Counted from the stretch's first letter, positions 11,340-22,895 are shown. The stretch: 63,950 bases of DNA from Candidatus Rokuibacteriota bacterium (GCA_040902305.1 JBBDXN010000158.1:1-63950); one strand, 5' to 3'. Program-made: numbers and translations. Notes: generated by a model not told the origin, from the sequence alone.

Positions 11340-12097
11340 TCCTGCTCAAGTCCGCGCGCGAGCTCTCCCACATGCGGGCGGCCGGACGCATCCTCGCCGA
11401 GGTCAAGGACCGCTTGCGCGAGATGGTCCGGCCCGGGATCTCGACCAAGGACATCGACGTGGACGTGGAGGCCTTCATCGTGTCCCGGGGGGCCGCCTCC
11501 GCCTTCAAGGGCTATCGGGGATTTCCCGCCACGGTGTGCATCTCGATCAACGAGGAAGTGGTGCACGGAATCCCCTCGCCCAAGCGGAAGCTGCGGGAGG
11601 GGGACATCGTGGGGCTGGACCTGGGTTGTATCGTGGAAGGGTACTATGCGGATTGCGCGATCACGCTCCCGGTGGGGCCGGTGGCCCCGCGGGTGCAGGA
11701 GCTGCTGGACGTCACCCGCGAGAGCCTGGACAAGGCCATCGTGCAGTGCCGGGCCGGCAACCGCCTCGGAGACGTCTCGCACGCGGTGCAGGCCCACTGT
11801 GAGAGCCACGGCTTCGGGGTCGTGCGCGCGTTCGTCGGCCACGGGATCGGGCGGAACCTCCACGAGGAACCCCAGATCCCGAACTTCGGCGACGCGGGAC
11901 GGGGCCCGGTGATCAAGCCGGGCATGGTGCTGGCCATCGAGCCTATGATCACGATGGGCTCGTGGGAAGTGCGCGTGCTCGAGGACCACTGGACGGCGGT
12001 GACCGCCGACGGGAGCTGGGCCGCGCACTTCGAGGACACCATCGCGATCACGGACCGGGGCCCCGAGGTGCTGACGCGTCTCGATCAGGCCGCGTAG
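11336..12097 (+). CDS. map: Methionine aminopeptidase type I
   Basis: CISINEEVVHGIP, GHGIG..LHEEP, AHFEDT. Confidence 0.97.
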   Translation: MILLKSARELSHMRAAGRILAEVKDRLREMVRPGISTKDIDVDVEAFIVSRGAASAFKGYRGFPATVCISINEEVVHGIPSPKRKLREGDIVGLDLGCIVEGYYADCAITLPVGPVAPRVQELLDVTRESLDKAIVQCRAGNRLGDVSHAVQAHCESHGFGVVRAFVGHGIGRNLHEEPQIPNFGDAGRGPVIKPGMVLAIEPMITMGSWEVRVLEDHWTAVTADGSWAAHFEDTIAITDRGPEVLTRLDQAA

Positions 12098-12109
12098 GGG
12101 ACCGCGCCC

Positions 12110-12328
12110 ATGGCCAAGGAGGACGCGATCGAGGTGGAGGGCACGGTGGTCGAGCCGCTGCCCAACGCGATGTTCCGGGTGGAGCTGGAGAACGGCCACC
12201 GGGTGCTGGCCCACGTGTCGGGCAAGATGCGCATGAACTTCATCCGCATCCTGCCGGGTGACAAGGTCAAGGTCGAGCTGTCGCCGTACGACCTCACCCG
12301 CGGCCGTATCACATATAGATTCAAATAG
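12110..12328 (+). CDS. infA: Translation initiation factor IF-1
   Basis: [26 protein letters not shown]. Confidence 0.98.
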   Translation: MAKEDAIEVEGTVVEPLPNAMFRVELENGHRVLAHVSGKMRMNFIRILPGDKVKVELSPYDLTRGRITYRFK

Positions 12329-12400
12329 CTTGGCGAGGCGCAGCCGAAGGCGAGCCGAGCGGATACATAAAGGGGCAAGGGTAAGAAGCCCGAGGAGCAT

Positions 12401-12514
12401 ATGAAAGTACGTCCATCGGTCAAGGTTCGATGCGAGAACTGCAAGATCGTGCGCCGGCACGGCCGCGTGCGGATCATCTGCAAGAATCCTCGCCACAAGC
12501 AGCGCCAGGGATAG
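12401..12514 (+). CDS. rpmJ: 50S ribosomal protein bL36 (too short for the ORF track)
   Basis: Translated by hand: [37 protein letters not shown]; GAGGAG ribosome-binding site. Confidence 0.97.
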   Translation: MKVRPSVKVRCENCKIVRRHGRVRIICKNPRHKQRQG

Positions 12515-12522
12515 GAGCCCAC

Positions 12523-12927
12523 ATGGCACGTATCGCCGGAGTCGACCTGCCGCGGGACAAGCGGGGCCAGATCGCGGTCCAGTACATCTACGGGATCGGG
12601 ATCCCGTCGGCGCGGAAGATCTTCGCCGACGCCCGCGTGGACCCCGACAAGCGCGTCAAGAGCTGGTCGGACGACGAGACGGGCCGGGTGCGCGACATCA
12701 TCGAGCGGGAGTACAAGGTAGAGGGCGATCTGCGCCGAGAAGTCTCCATGAGCGTGAAGCGACTGATGGACATCGGCTCCTACCGCGGCATCCGGCACCG
12801 CAAGGGCCTACCGGTGCGTGGGCAGCGGACCCATACGAACGCGCGGACGCGCAAGGGCAAGAGCAAGGGCGTGATGGTGAAGAAGAAGCCGGTGGCCGCC
12901 GCGCCCTCCGCGCCGCCGAAAAAGTAA
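12523..12927 (+). CDS. rpsM: 30S ribosomal protein uS13
   Basis: [28 protein letters not shown]. Confidence 0.97.
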   Translation: MARIAGVDLPRDKRGQIAVQYIYGIGIPSARKIFADARVDPDKRVKSWSDDETGRVRDIIEREYKVEGDLRREVSMSVKRLMDIGSYRGIRHRKGLPVRGQRTHTNARTRKGKSKGVMVKKKPVAAAPSAPPKK

Positions 12928-12939
12928 GGAGCCAAATCG

Positions 12940-13368
12940 ATGGCCGACGCCGCGGAACCGAAGCCGGACGAGAAAGCCGCCGCCGCCCCGAAAAAGGGCG
13001 GACGCAAGCGGGAGCGGAAGGAGGTCCGCGTGGGTATCGCCCACGTGCAGGCCACCTTCAACAACACGATCGTGACCCTGACCGACAAGATGGGCAACGT
13101 CGTTTCGTGGGCCAGCGCGGGCAGCGTGGGTTTCAAGGGCTCCCGCAAGAGCACGCCCTTCGCGGCCCAGACCGCGGCCGAGAACGCGGCCCGCAAGGCG
13201 ATGGAAGTGGGTCTCAAGCAGGTGGAGGTCTTCGTGCGCGGCCCGGGGTCGGGGCGCGAGGCGGCCATCCGCTCGCTGCAGGCGGTGGGGCTCGAGATCA
13301 CCGCCATCCGTGACGTCACCCCGATTCCGCACAATGGCTGCCGGCCGCCTAAGCGGCGGCGCGTGTAG
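12940..13368 (+). CDS. rpsK: 30S ribosomal protein uS11
   Basis: [36 protein letters not shown]. Confidence 0.98.
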   Translation: MADAAEPKPDEKAAAAPKKGGRKRERKEVRVGIAHVQATFNNTIVTLTDKMGNVVSWASAGSVGFKGSRKSTPFAAQTAAENAARKAMEVGLKQVEVFVRGPGSGREAAIRSLQAVGLEITAIRDVTPIPHNGCRPPKRRRV

Positions 13369-13380
13369 AAGGAGACGTAA

Positions 13381-14004
13381 GTGGCACGATATCGAGCCGC
13401 CGCCTGCCGGCAGTGCCGGCGTGAAGGCCTCAAGCTGTTCCTGAAGGGCTCGCGCTGCTTCACCGAGAAGTGCGCGATCGAGCGCCGGAACTACCCGCCC
13501 GGACAGCACGGTCTGGGCCGCACCAAGCCGACGCAGTACGGCATCCAGCTCCGCGAGAAGCAGAAGGCCAAGCGGATCTACGGGGTGCTGGAGGCGCAGT
13601 TCCGCCGCTACTTCGCGTGGGCCGAGGCCGAGAAGGGCATCACCGGTGAGAACCTGCTCAAGTTCCTCGAGCGGCGGCTCGACAACGTGGTGTTCCGGCT
13701 GGGCATGGCCGCCTCGCGCCGGGAAGCCCGGCAGATGATCGGCCACGGGCACGTGCAGGTGAACGGGCGGAAGGTGTCGATCCCGTCCTTCATCGTGAAG
13801 GTCGGCGAGGTGGTGCAGCTGCGGCCGAGCTCCAAGATGCAGGAGCGGGCCGCCGACAACCTGTCCGCGGGGCGCTCGCCGGTGCCCCCGTGGCTCGACG
13901 TGGACGTCAACGAGAAGAAAGGGACGGTGCGCGGGCTTCCGCTCCGGGAGGACATCCAGATTCCGGTGCAGGAGCAGCTCATCGTCGAGTTGTTCTCGAA
14001 GTAG
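13381..14004 (+). CDS. rpsD: 30S ribosomal protein uS4 (Cys-containing, zinc type)
   Basis: [30 protein letters not shown]. Confidence 0.97.
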   Translation: MARYRAAACRQCRREGLKLFLKGSRCFTEKCAIERRNYPPGQHGLGRTKPTQYGIQLREKQKAKRIYGVLEAQFRRYFAWAEAEKGITGENLLKFLERRLDNVVFRLGMAASRREARQMIGHGHVQVNGRKVSIPSFIVKVGEVVQLRPSSKMQERAADNLSAGRSPVPPWLDVDVNEKKGTVRGLPLREDIQIPVQEQLIVELFSK

Positions 14005-14032
14005 GCGGCCGACCCGCCGCCAGAAGGGGCAT

Positions 14033-15019
14033 ATGGCAAGGATTCCGTTCCAGAAGCCGAAGTCGATCCAGTGGGAGATTCTCTCCGATCGCTACGGGCG
14101 GCTGGTCGCCGAGCCGTTCGAGAAGGGCTACGCCCTCACCGTTGGGCACTCCCTTCGCCGCACGCTGCTGGCCATCGTGCCGGGCTCGGCGGTGACGTGG
14201 GTCCGGATCCCCGGCGTGAAGGACACGGAGACGAGGATCCCCGGCGTGCAGGAAGACACCACGGACGTGCTGCTGAACGTGAAGAAGCTGGCGGTCAACG
14301 TGCCCTCCGGGGAGCCCACCGAGACGCGGCTGGAGGCGGCCGGCTCGCGGCCGGTCACCGGTGCCGACGTCTCGGAGGCGGGTGGCGTCGAGGTGCTGAA
14401 CCCGGAGATCCACCTGGCGACCCTGGGGGCGGGGGGCAAGCTCGCGATCGACCTCGGCATCGGGGTGGGGCGCGGGTACGTGGCGGCCGATCGTCATCCC
14501 GCGGGGACGATCCCGGCCGGCGCGATCCCGCTGGACGCCGCCTTCTCGCCGATTCAGCGAGTGTCCTACGGGGTGGAGAACGCGCGGCTCGGCAAGGTCA
14601 CCGACTACGAGAAGCTGATCCTCGAGATCTGGACCAACGGAGCCGTTTCCCCCGACGACGCCCTGTCACGGGCGGCCCGCCACCTGCAGTCCCACTTCTC
14701 CCACCTGGCGCCGGAAGGGCGTGAAGAGGAAGAGGAAGAGGTGGAGGTCGCCGGTGAGGGCTTCCTGCAGGAGAGCTTGGCCAAGCCGCTGGAGGAGCTG
14801 CCCCTGCCCGCGCGGGCCATCAATGCGTTGAAGAACCACGAGATCCTCTTGGTCGCGGATCTGGTCCAGAAGACCGACGAGGACCTGGAGTCGGTCAAGA
14901 ATCTCGGCTCGAAGTCCATCGACGAGATCAAGACGGCGCTGGCCGCCCTCGGGCTCTCCCTCGGCATGCGCATCGATCCGAATCTGCTCGGCGCGCTCGG
15001 CCGCGGAGGGACCACATGA
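14033..15019 (+). CDS. rpoA: RNA polymerase alpha subunit (divergent N-terminal domain)
   Basis: [35 protein letters not shown]-terminal NLGSKS; lies between rpsD and rplQ. Confidence 0.93.
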   Translation: MARIPFQKPKSIQWEILSDRYGRLVAEPFEKGYALTVGHSLRRTLLAIVPGSAVTWVRIPGVKDTETRIPGVQEDTTDVLLNVKKLAVNVPSGEPTETRLEAAGSRPVTGADVSEAGGVEVLNPEIHLATLGAGGKLAIDLGIGVGRGYVAADRHPAGTIPAGAIPLDAAFSPIQRVSYGVENARLGKVTDYEKLILEIWTNGAVSPDDALSRAARHLQSHFSHLAPEGREEEEEEVEVAGEGFLQESLAKPLEELPLPARAINALKNHEILLVADLVQKTDEDLESVKNLGSKSIDEIKTALAALGLSLGMRIDPNLLGALGRGGTT

Positions 15020-15510
15020 GGCACGGCAAGGCCGGCTTCAAGCTCGGGCGGGTCACCGCCCACCGCTGGGCGCTGTTCCGGAACCTGCTCGTGGCGCTGT
15101 TCCGGCACGAGCGCATCATGACCACCGAGGCCAAGGCCAAGGCGGTGCGCGGGCTCGCCGACCACATGGTCACGCTCGCCAAGCGCGACGATCTGCACGC
15201 GCGCCGGCAGGTGCTGAGCATGGTGCCGGACGCGGTGGTGGTGAAGAAGCTGTTCGACACCATCGCCGCCCGCTTCAGCGAGCGCCAGGGTGGCTACACG
15301 CGGATCATGAAGGCCGGCCTGCGGCCCGGCGATCGCGCGCCGATGGTGGTGCTGGAGCTGGTCGATCGGCCGGAGGCGCCCAAGGAGAAGGGCAAGAAGG
15401 ACGCGAAGGCCGAGAAGGCGCCCAAGGAAGACAAGAAAGCGGGCAAGGGTGAAGCCTCGGCGGGTGCGGCCAAGGGCCGGCGCAAGAAGGCGGCGGCCCC
15501 CGCCGGGTAG
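15016..15510 (+). CDS. rplQ: 50S ribosomal protein bL17 with a Lys-rich tail
   Basis: MRHGK..KLGR, TTEAKAK, GGYTRI. Confidence 0.97.
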   Translation: MRHGKAGFKLGRVTAHRWALFRNLLVALFRHERIMTTEAKAKAVRGLADHMVTLAKRDDLHARRQVLSMVPDAVVVKKLFDTIAARFSERQGGYTRIMKAGLRPGDRAPMVVLELVDRPEAPKEKGKKDAKAEKAPKEDKKAGKGEASAGAAKGRRKKAAAPAG

Positions 15511-15511
15511 G

Positions 15512-15543
15512 GCCGGCGGCCCGCCGCCGAGACCGGCTTATTT
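15512..15543 (+). terminator. Possible intrinsic terminator of the ribosomal superoperon
   Basis: GC-rich stem GCCGG...CCGGC followed by TTATTT, between convergent genes. Confidence 0.4.
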
Positions 15544-16212
15544 CAGGTGTTTCTTGAAGAGGTCGAGGGTGCGGCGCCAGGCGTCCTCGGCCGCGGGCTT
15601 GTTGTAGACATCGGGCCGCTCGTCGTTGAAGAAGCCGTGGTCCACCCCCGGGTAGATGTTGATCTCCACCGGCCTGCCCGCCTTCTTGATGGCGGTTTCC
15701 ACCTCGCGGGCGGTCTCCGGCGTGACGAACCCATCTTTCTCGGCGAAGAGTCCCAGGACGGGCCCGCTCAGCCGGCTGTAGTCCGGCTTGACGTTGGGAT
15801 GGATGCCGTAGAAGTCCACCACCGCTCCCACGCTGGCGTTGGTGCAGCCGGCGAACAGGGCGAGCTGGCCGCCCATGCAGAAGCCCACCGCGCCGATCTT
15901 GGAAGTCGACGACTGCCCGGCCAGATACTTGGCGGCGCCCGCCAGGTCCTTCTCGGCCCTCTCGATGTTGAGCGCCATGAAGAGCTTGCCCGCCGCATCC
16001 GGCTCGCTCGCGGTCTGCCCGTGGTAGAGGTCGGGGGCGAGCGCCGAGAAGCCGGCGGCCGCGAAGCGATCGCACACGCTCTTGATATGGCCCACCAGCC
16101 CCCACCACTCCTGGATCACGATCACGCCCGGTCCCTTGCCGGAGGCGGGCGTCGCCAGATAGCCCTTCGCGGTGTGCCCGTTGCTGGGAAACTCGACCAT
16201 CGTGCCGGCCAT
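15538..16212 (-). CDS. Dienelactone hydrolase family protein
   Basis: IQEWWGL, nucleophile motif GFCMGG, HGFFND. Confidence 0.9.
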   Translation of the reverse strand: MAGTMVEFPSNGHTAKGYLATPASGKGPGVIVIQEWWGLVGHIKSVCDRFAAAGFSALAPDLYHGQTASEPDAAGKLFMALNIERAEKDLAGAAKYLAGQSSTSKIGAVGFCMGGQLALFAGCTNASVGAVVDFYGIHPNVKPDYSRLSGPVLGLFAEKDGFVTPETAREVETAIKKAGRPVEINIYPGVDHGFFNDERPDVYNKPAAEDAWRRTLDLFKKHLK

Positions 16213-16264
16213 CGTGATTCTCCTTCTATGTAGGTTGAATGTGGAGGACTTCGGTTTGGCGGTA

Positions 16265-16432
16265 GGGCTCCTTCGCGCAAGCGCTCATCCGAACTGCCTC
16301 TCCCTCGCGTCGATCGGTTCGCCCGCGATGGCGTTGCCAGCGGGGCTCCTTCGCGCAAGCGCTCATCCGAACTGCCTCGCGTTGCGGAGTCGGCGGCGTC
16401 TAGTCTAGCGGTTCTGGTGCTTCGCGCAAGCG
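16265..16432. repeat. Intergenic 36-bp direct repeat (two exact copies plus a 13-bp partial third copy)
   Basis: GGGCTCCTTCGCGCAAGCGCTCATCCGAACTGCCTC at 16265-16300 and 16343-16378; CTTCGCGCAAGCG again at 16420-16432. Confidence 0.85.
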
Positions 16433-17695
16433 TTACGACTCGAGTTGGGCGGGGGCGGGGTTCTTGGTCGGGGTGGGCGTGATGCGGACGGTGAGGACGC
16501 GGCGCTTGTCGGCTTCGAGCACGGTGAAGGAGTGGCGCCCGACGCGGAAGACCTCGCCGACCAGGGGGATGCGGTGCAAGGTGGCGAGCACGAGGCCGGC
16601 CACCGTTTCGAAGTCGCCCTTGGGCAGGTCCCAGTCCAGCGCCTCGTTGACCTCGTCGATACCCGCGCGGCCCGCCACCCGATAGCTGCCGTCGGGCAGT
16701 CGCTCGACGGTGTCGGGGGTGCGGTCGTGCTCGTCGCGGATCTCGCCCACGATCTCCTCGACGATGTCCTCCACCGTGACGATGCCGACCGCGCCCCCGT
16801 ACTCGTCCACCACCACCGCGAGCTGCACCCGGTTCTTCTGCATCTCGCGGAGCAGCTCGTCGATGCGCTTGGTCTCCGGAACGTAGGTGGCCGGGCGCAT
16901 CAGCGAGCGCAGCTCCGGCGCCTCCACGCCGCGGTTGAGGAGATCCATGGTGGTGACCACGCCCACGATGCTGAACGCGCGGTCGGTGAAGACCGGGATG
17001 CGCGAGAAACCGCGCTCCTGGATGAGCCGGACCGCGTCGGCCGGCGAGGCCGTCTCGGGCAGGGCCGCCACGTCCACCAGGGGGACCATCACCTCGCGCA
17101 CCCCCGTCTCGCCCAGGTCGAAGATCTTGTCGATCATCTCGGCTTCGGTGACCGTGACGTCGGCCTCCTCGGGCTCCATCTGCAGGAGCAGCTTCAGCTC
17201 CTCGCGCGAGACGAACTGGCGGGTCCCGGAAGGCTGCCGGCCCACGAGCGCCAGCGCCCGTCCCACCAGGGCGTTGGCGCCCCAGGTGAGCGGGGTCAGC
17301 AGCTTGCCCAGGACCTCGACCACCGGGAACAGCAGCAGGATCAACCCGGTCGCGCGCTCCCGCGCCACCGCCTTGGGGATGACCTCGCCGAGGACCAGCA
17401 TCAGAGGGGTGAGGGCAACGGTGACCAGCAGCGCCGCCCCGCCGCCCACCACCGGGATGAGCGCCCAGGTCGCGACGCTGGAGGCCGTGATGTGAGCGAT
17501 GGTCACGCCCATCATGGCGGTGGCGAGCAGCCGCTCCGGCCGCCGGAACGCCTTAAGGTAACGAATGGCGGTCCGGTGCCCGCCCTCGGCCAGGCGGCGC
17601 AGGCGGACACGATTGGCCGCGATGAACGACATCTCGGCGGCCGAGAAGACCGCGGTCACGAGCAGGGCGAGCCCGATGATCCACAGGTAGATCAC
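16433..17695 (-). CDS. CNNM/DUF21-CBS-CorC (hemolysin-like) metal transporter family protein
   Basis: [27 protein letters not shown]-terminal CorC/HlyC domain. Confidence 0.88.
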   Translation of the reverse strand: MIYLWIIGLALLVTAVFSAAEMSFIAANRVRLRRLAEGGHRTAIRYLKAFRRPERLLATAMMGVTIAHITASSVATWALIPVVGGGAALLVTVALTPLMLVLGEVIPKAVARERATGLILLLFPVVEVLGKLLTPLTWGANALVGRALALVGRQPSGTRQFVSREELKLLLQMEPEEADVTVTEAEMIDKIFDLGETGVREVMVPLVDVAALPETASPADAVRLIQERGFSRIPVFTDRAFSIVGVVTTMDLLNRGVEAPELRSLMRPATYVPETKRIDELLREMQKNRVQLAVVVDEYGGAVGIVTVEDIVEEIVGEIRDEHDRTPDTVERLPDGSYRVAGRAGIDEVNEALDWDLPKGDFETVAGLVLATLHRIPLVGEVFRVGRHSFTVLEADKRRVLTVRITPTPTKNPAPAQLES

Positions 17696-18972
17696 GTGGG
17701 CTCCGGCCGGTCGGCGAGCTCGGGCAGCGCGACCAGCACCTCCAGCACGCGCGTCCGCTCCACCTTCTCCACCGAGACCCGCACGCCGCCCTCGGTCTCC
17801 TTCTTCTCTCCCTTGTGGGGCACGCGGCCGAAGAGATCGAGCACCCAGCCGCCCACCGTGTCGAAGGAGTCGTCGGGAATGCGGAGGTCCGTCGCCACGT
17901 TCAGCTCGTAGATGGGCAGGCGCCCCGAGACCCGGAAGCTGCGCGGCCCCACCCGCTGGATGAGGCGCTCATCCTCGTCGTACTCGTCACGGATCTCGCC
18001 GACCAGCTCCTCGAGCAGGTCCTCGAGGGTGACGAGACCGGCGGTGCCGCCGTACTCGTCCACCACGATGGCGAGGTGGAGCTTCTTGGCCTGGAACTCG
18101 CGCAGCAGCGCGTCGGCCCGCTTCGATTCCGGCACGAAATAGGGCGGGTGCAGGTATCGGCGGAGGTCGAGGGAGGGCGGCAGCCCACCGAGGTACGGCA
18201 GCAGGTCCTTGGTGTAGAGCACCCCGACGATCTGGTCGACGCTCTCCTCGAAGACGGGCACGCGGGAGTGGAGCTGCTCGCGGAGCAGCGGCAGGATCTC
18301 GTCAGGCGGCGTCGCCACGTCGAGGCAGAACATGTCGGGGCGCGGTACCATCACCTCGCGCACCAGGGTGTCCTCCAGCTCGAACACCTTGTGGATCATC
18401 TCGCGCTCGGTGCGGTCCACCACGCCCTCGCGCGCGCCCACGTCCACCAGGGTGCGGAGCTCTTGCTCCGAGATCTCGGGCTGGCCCGGCTGCCGCTCGG
18501 AGCCCACGAGCCGGATCGTGAGGGCGGTGAGCCCGGCCAGCCCCGCCCGGATCGGCCTCAGGAGGACCGAGAGCCAGGCCACCGGGCGGTTCACCCAAGA
18601 CGCGAAGCGGAGCGGGTGCTCCACCGCCAGGGTCATGGGCAGCACCTCCCCGAACACCGTGAGGAGGAACACCATGCCGCCGATCGCGATGGCCAGGCCC
18701 TTCCCGCCGAACACCTGCGCCGCGATGGCGGCGGCGAGGGCGGAGGCCCCGATGTTCACCACCGTGATGCCCACCAGCAGTGTGACCAGCAGCTCGTTGG
18801 GCTGCGTGAGCAGCGGCGTGAGCGGACCGGAAGTCTTGCCCTGCTGCGCGGCCAGCTCCTTCAGACGCTTTCGCCCCAGGGAGAAGTACGCGGCCTCCGC
18901 GCCCGAGAGCAGCGCGGAGATCAGCAGCAGGAGTCCGAGGCCGATCAGCTCGGGGACGACCCGACTATCCAT
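17692..18972 (-). CDS. CNNM/DUF21-CBS-CorC family protein, second paralogue
   Basis: [32 protein letters not shown]. Confidence 0.88.
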   Translation of the reverse strand: MDSRVVPELIGLGLLLLISALLSGAEAAYFSLGRKRLKELAAQQGKTSGPLTPLLTQPNELLVTLLVGITVVNIGASALAAAIAAQVFGGKGLAIAIGGMVFLLTVFGEVLPMTLAVEHPLRFASWVNRPVAWLSVLLRPIRAGLAGLTALTIRLVGSERQPGQPEISEQELRTLVDVGAREGVVDRTEREMIHKVFELEDTLVREVMVPRPDMFCLDVATPPDEILPLLREQLHSRVPVFEESVDQIVGVLYTKDLLPYLGGLPPSLDLRRYLHPPYFVPESKRADALLREFQAKKLHLAIVVDEYGGTAGLVTLEDLLEELVGEIRDEYDEDERLIQRVGPRSFRVSGRLPIYELNVATDLRIPDDSFDTVGGWVLDLFGRVPHKGEKKETEGGVRVSVEKVERTRVLEVLVALPELADRPEPT

Positions 18973-20013
18973 GGAAGTGCTCGAAGCCGCCGTGCATCGC
19001 CACCGGTGCCCCGTCGGCGTCCACGAAGGTGACCTCCCCCGCGCCCCCCTCGATGCGCCCGATCACGGTGAGCGCGGTGCCGGTGGCCGCGGCGAGTCCC
19101 GAGATCAGTCGATCGGCCGCGTCAGGATCGCAGGTCAGCACGAGCTCGTAGTCCTCGCCGCCGCCCACCGCCCACTCGCGCACATCGTGTCCGAGCGCGC
19201 GGGCCGCCTCGCGCGCCGCCTCCGCGACCGGCACGCGGTCGAGCCAGACGCGGGCGCCCACCCCGCTCTCCCGGCCGATGTGCCCGAGATCGGTGGCGAG
19301 GCCGTCGGAGCAGTCCATCATGGCGTGCACATCGGGGGCCTGTCCGAGCCAGCGTCCCTCGGCCACCCGCGCGCGTGGGCGGAGGTGGGCCCGCGTGATC
19401 TCGGCGAGTCGCTCGCCCGCCACGCCGGCGTCGCGGGCGCGGTCGAGCCCGATCTCGAGCGCATGGAGGCCGGCGGCGGAGGCGCCGAGGCTGCCCGTGA
19501 CCGCCACCGCGTCGCCCGCTCGGGCGTGAGCGCGGAGCCGGGGCGCCCCGGGATGCACGCCGAGCAGCGTGACGTTGATCGTCCATCCGACGGGGGAGGC
19601 CGACGTGTCCCCGCCGACAATGGCCACGCCGTGGGGCGCGGCGGCCTCGGCCATGCCCGCGTAGAAGGCGTCCACCGCGTCGACATCGGTCTCGGCGGGG
19701 ACGGCCAGCGCGACCAGGGCCCAGCGCGGGATTCCGCCCATGGCCGCGATGTCCGACAGGTTGACGGCCAGGGCCTTCCAGCCGATATCGGCTAAGCCGG
19801 CGGACCGGCGCCGGAAATGGACGTCCTCGATCAGCAGATCGGTGGTCGCGAGCAGCTTGTGGCCGGGCGGCACCGTCAGGACCGCGGTGTCGTCCCCGAC
19901 GCCGACATCGACGCCGGGTGAGAAGGAGCCCGCGGCCGCGCTCCTCCGGATACGGCGAATCAGCCCGTGCTCGCCCAGCCCGCCCAGGCTCACCCGTTCG
20001 GGTGGCTCCGCCT

Positions 20014-20017
<4 letters not shown>
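18965..20017 (-). CDS. thiL: Thiamine-monophosphate kinase
   Basis: [39 protein letters not shown]. Confidence 0.93.
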
Positions 20018-20594
<577 letters not shown>

Positions 20595-20598
<4 letters not shown>

Positions 20599-22133
20599 CG
20601 GGGTTGCTCCTGCGCGGCGATGCGGAGCGCCAGGATCATGCCGCGTGCCTTGGACCCGGTCTCGAGCCACTCCGTCTTCGGGTCCGAGTCGGCCACGATG
20701 CCCGCCCCCACCTGGATGGACGCGCGGCGCCCGTGACACACCACCGTGCGGATCGTGATGCACGAGTCGAGGTTGCCCGAGTAGGAGATGTAGCCGACCG
20801 CGCCCCCGTACGGACCCCGGCGGGTGGGCTCCAGCTCCTCGATGATCTCCATGGCGCGGATCTTGGGGGCGCCGGTGAGGGTGCCCGCGGGGAAGCAGGC
20901 GGCCAGCACGTCGAAGGCATCCTTGCCGGGCTCGAGGCGACCCCGGACGTGACTCACCAGGTGCATGACGTGCGAGTAGCGCTCCACCACCATGAACTCC
21001 GACACCTCGACGCTTCCCAGGCGGCTCACCCGGCCCACGTCGTTGCGCCCGAGGTCGACGAGCATCACGTGCTCCGCCCGCTCCTTCGGGTCCGCCTGCA
21101 TCTCGTCGGCGAGCCGGGCGTCTTCCTCCTCGGTCCGGCCCCGCGGATGGGTCCCCGCGATGGGCCGCTCCTCCACGCGCTCGTCCTCGAGCCGCACCAG
21201 GACTTCCGGGGACGACCCCACGATGCTGGTCTTGCCCAGGCGGAGGAAGAACAGGTAGGGCGACGGATTCACGGTCCGGAGCGCGCGGTAGACCGTGAAG
21301 GGGTCGGCCCGGAGCTCGGTGTCGAGCCGGCGCGACAGCACGACCTGATAGGCGTCGCCGGCGGCGATGAACTCCTTGGCCCGGCGCACCCCGTCCATGA
21401 AGGCGGCCTCGTCCATGGTCGAGGTGAAGCCCTCGTCGCCCAGCGCGACGAGCGGTTCCACCGGCGGCAGGTTCAGGGGGGCGGGAGAGCGGGCCGGTCG
21501 CCGGAGGTTGCCGATCAGCATGCCGATCTTGACCGCGGCCGCGTCGTAGGCCCGGTCGAGCGATGCCGGATCCGTCTTGGTGATGTGGGCGTTGGCGATC
21601 ACCAGCAGCCGGTGGCGCAGGTTGTCGAAGGCCAGCAGGCTATCGGTGAACATGAAGACCGCGTCCGGGAGTTTCTGGTCGTCGGTGGTGAGCGTGGGCA
21701 GCCGCTCGACGTGTCGGATCATGTCGTACGAGAGGAAGCCCACCGCCCCGCCCTGGAAACGCGGTAGCCCTGGCACCGGAACGGGCGTGAACTGGGTGAG
21801 CAGGCCCCGCAGCGACTCGAAGGGGTTGTTACTCGCCAGCAGCTCGGTGGTGCCGTCGGCCCGCCGGACGCTGATGCGCTTGCCCTTGGCGGTGAAGACC
21901 ATGAGCGGATCCGTGCCGAGGAACGAATAGCGGGCCCACTTCTCCCCGCCCTCCACCGATTCCAGCAGAAACGCGTAGGGTCCGGGACGGAGCCGGAGGA
22001 AGGCGGAGAGCGGGGTGTCGAGGTCGGCCGCCAGCTCGGCAAAGACCGGGATCAGGTTGCCCTGCCCGGCCAAGGCGCGAAACTCCTCGCGCGTCGGCGA
22101 GAGCGGGGGCAGACTGGGCCCCACCGGCGACAT
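20595..22133 (-). CDS. trpE: Anthranilate synthase component I
   Basis: [36 protein letters not shown]. Confidence 0.92.
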
Positions 22134-22144
22134 GGATGAGCCGC

Positions 22145-22471
22145 TCAGGCGTTCGCGTCCAGCTTCTTCTTGAGCTGGGCCTTCGGAACCGCGCCGATCA
22201 CCTGGTCCATCACCTTCCCCCCCTTGACGAACAGGATCGTCGGGATCGAGCGGATCCCGTAGCGGGCGGCGAGCGCCGGCTGCTCGTCGACGTTCACCTT
22301 GGCGAGGGTCACCGAGCCGTTGCCCTCACGGACCAGCTCCTCCAGGGTAGGCGCGATGGCGCGGCAGGGAGCACACCACTCGGCCCAGAAGTCGACCATC
22401 AGTAGCTCGGTGTGCTTGCCCAGTTCCGCATCGAAGCTGGCCTCGGTGAGATGCAACGTGCTTTCGGCCAT
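22145..22471 (-). CDS. trxA: Thioredoxin
   Basis: VDFWAEWCAPC, SIPT; start placed at ATG 22471 (108 aa). Confidence 0.93.
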   Translation of the reverse strand: MAESTLHLTEASFDAELGKHTELLMVDFWAEWCAPCRAIAPTLEELVREGNGSVTLAKVNVDEQPALAARYGIRSIPTILFVKGGKVMDQVIGAVPKAQLKKKLDANA

Positions 22472-22797
22472 GGATCCAGGGTCTCCTTGTGGTCGCTCAG
22501 GAGCTCGGCAGGACAGCGGGTGAGGGTTCCATAAAAAACGCAGAGCCACGCTAGCATACGGCCCGGGGCATCGCAAGTTGACCCCCTCCGCCGTCCGCGC
22601 TGCCTCATGGGCAGGGCAGGTCCGCCGACGGTTCGGGGCACTCCTTCTGACGGTGCGCGTCACCTGCCGGACGTCCATCTGCTGTCACCCCTGGCCCGCC
22701 CAGGCCGAAAACGACCTCGGAGAGACGGAAAGCCTTGAATCCATGGCATTGGCCAGCAGCGGCCGGGAACCCCCTGCAAGATGCGAGAAAACCTCGG

Positions 22798-22814
22798 TTG
22801 GTAGGGGGTTTGCA
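22798..22814 (+). promoter_or_regulatory. Candidate sigma54 (-24/-12) promoter of the chemosensory-Mgl-PilB operon
   Basis: TTGGTAGGGGGTTTGCA has exact GG-N10-GC spacing with TGGYA and TTGCA boxes, about 80 nt before the first gene. Confidence 0.5.
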
Positions 22815-22895
22815 GTAGACGACTCCCCCGGAAAGCCTAGCGGGTCGGGTCCGTTCAAGTCACCAGGTGCACCCGCAGCCGAGGAGGATCGCGTC

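Noticed and set aside
16265-16432. Calling the 36-bp repeat a CRISPR array
   Set aside because: Only two full repeats, no cas genes, no AT-rich leader and no typical GAAA(C/G) end; kept as an unclassified repeat
22700-22770. GACGGAAAGCC ... GCCGGG resembling a GEMM-I cyclic dinucleotide riboswitch upstream of the pilus-control operon
   Set aside because: I could not build the GNRA-capped P2 stem or the P3 pairing, and it lies upstream of the candidate sigma54 start site; an Infernal search with the c-di-GMP-I model would settle it
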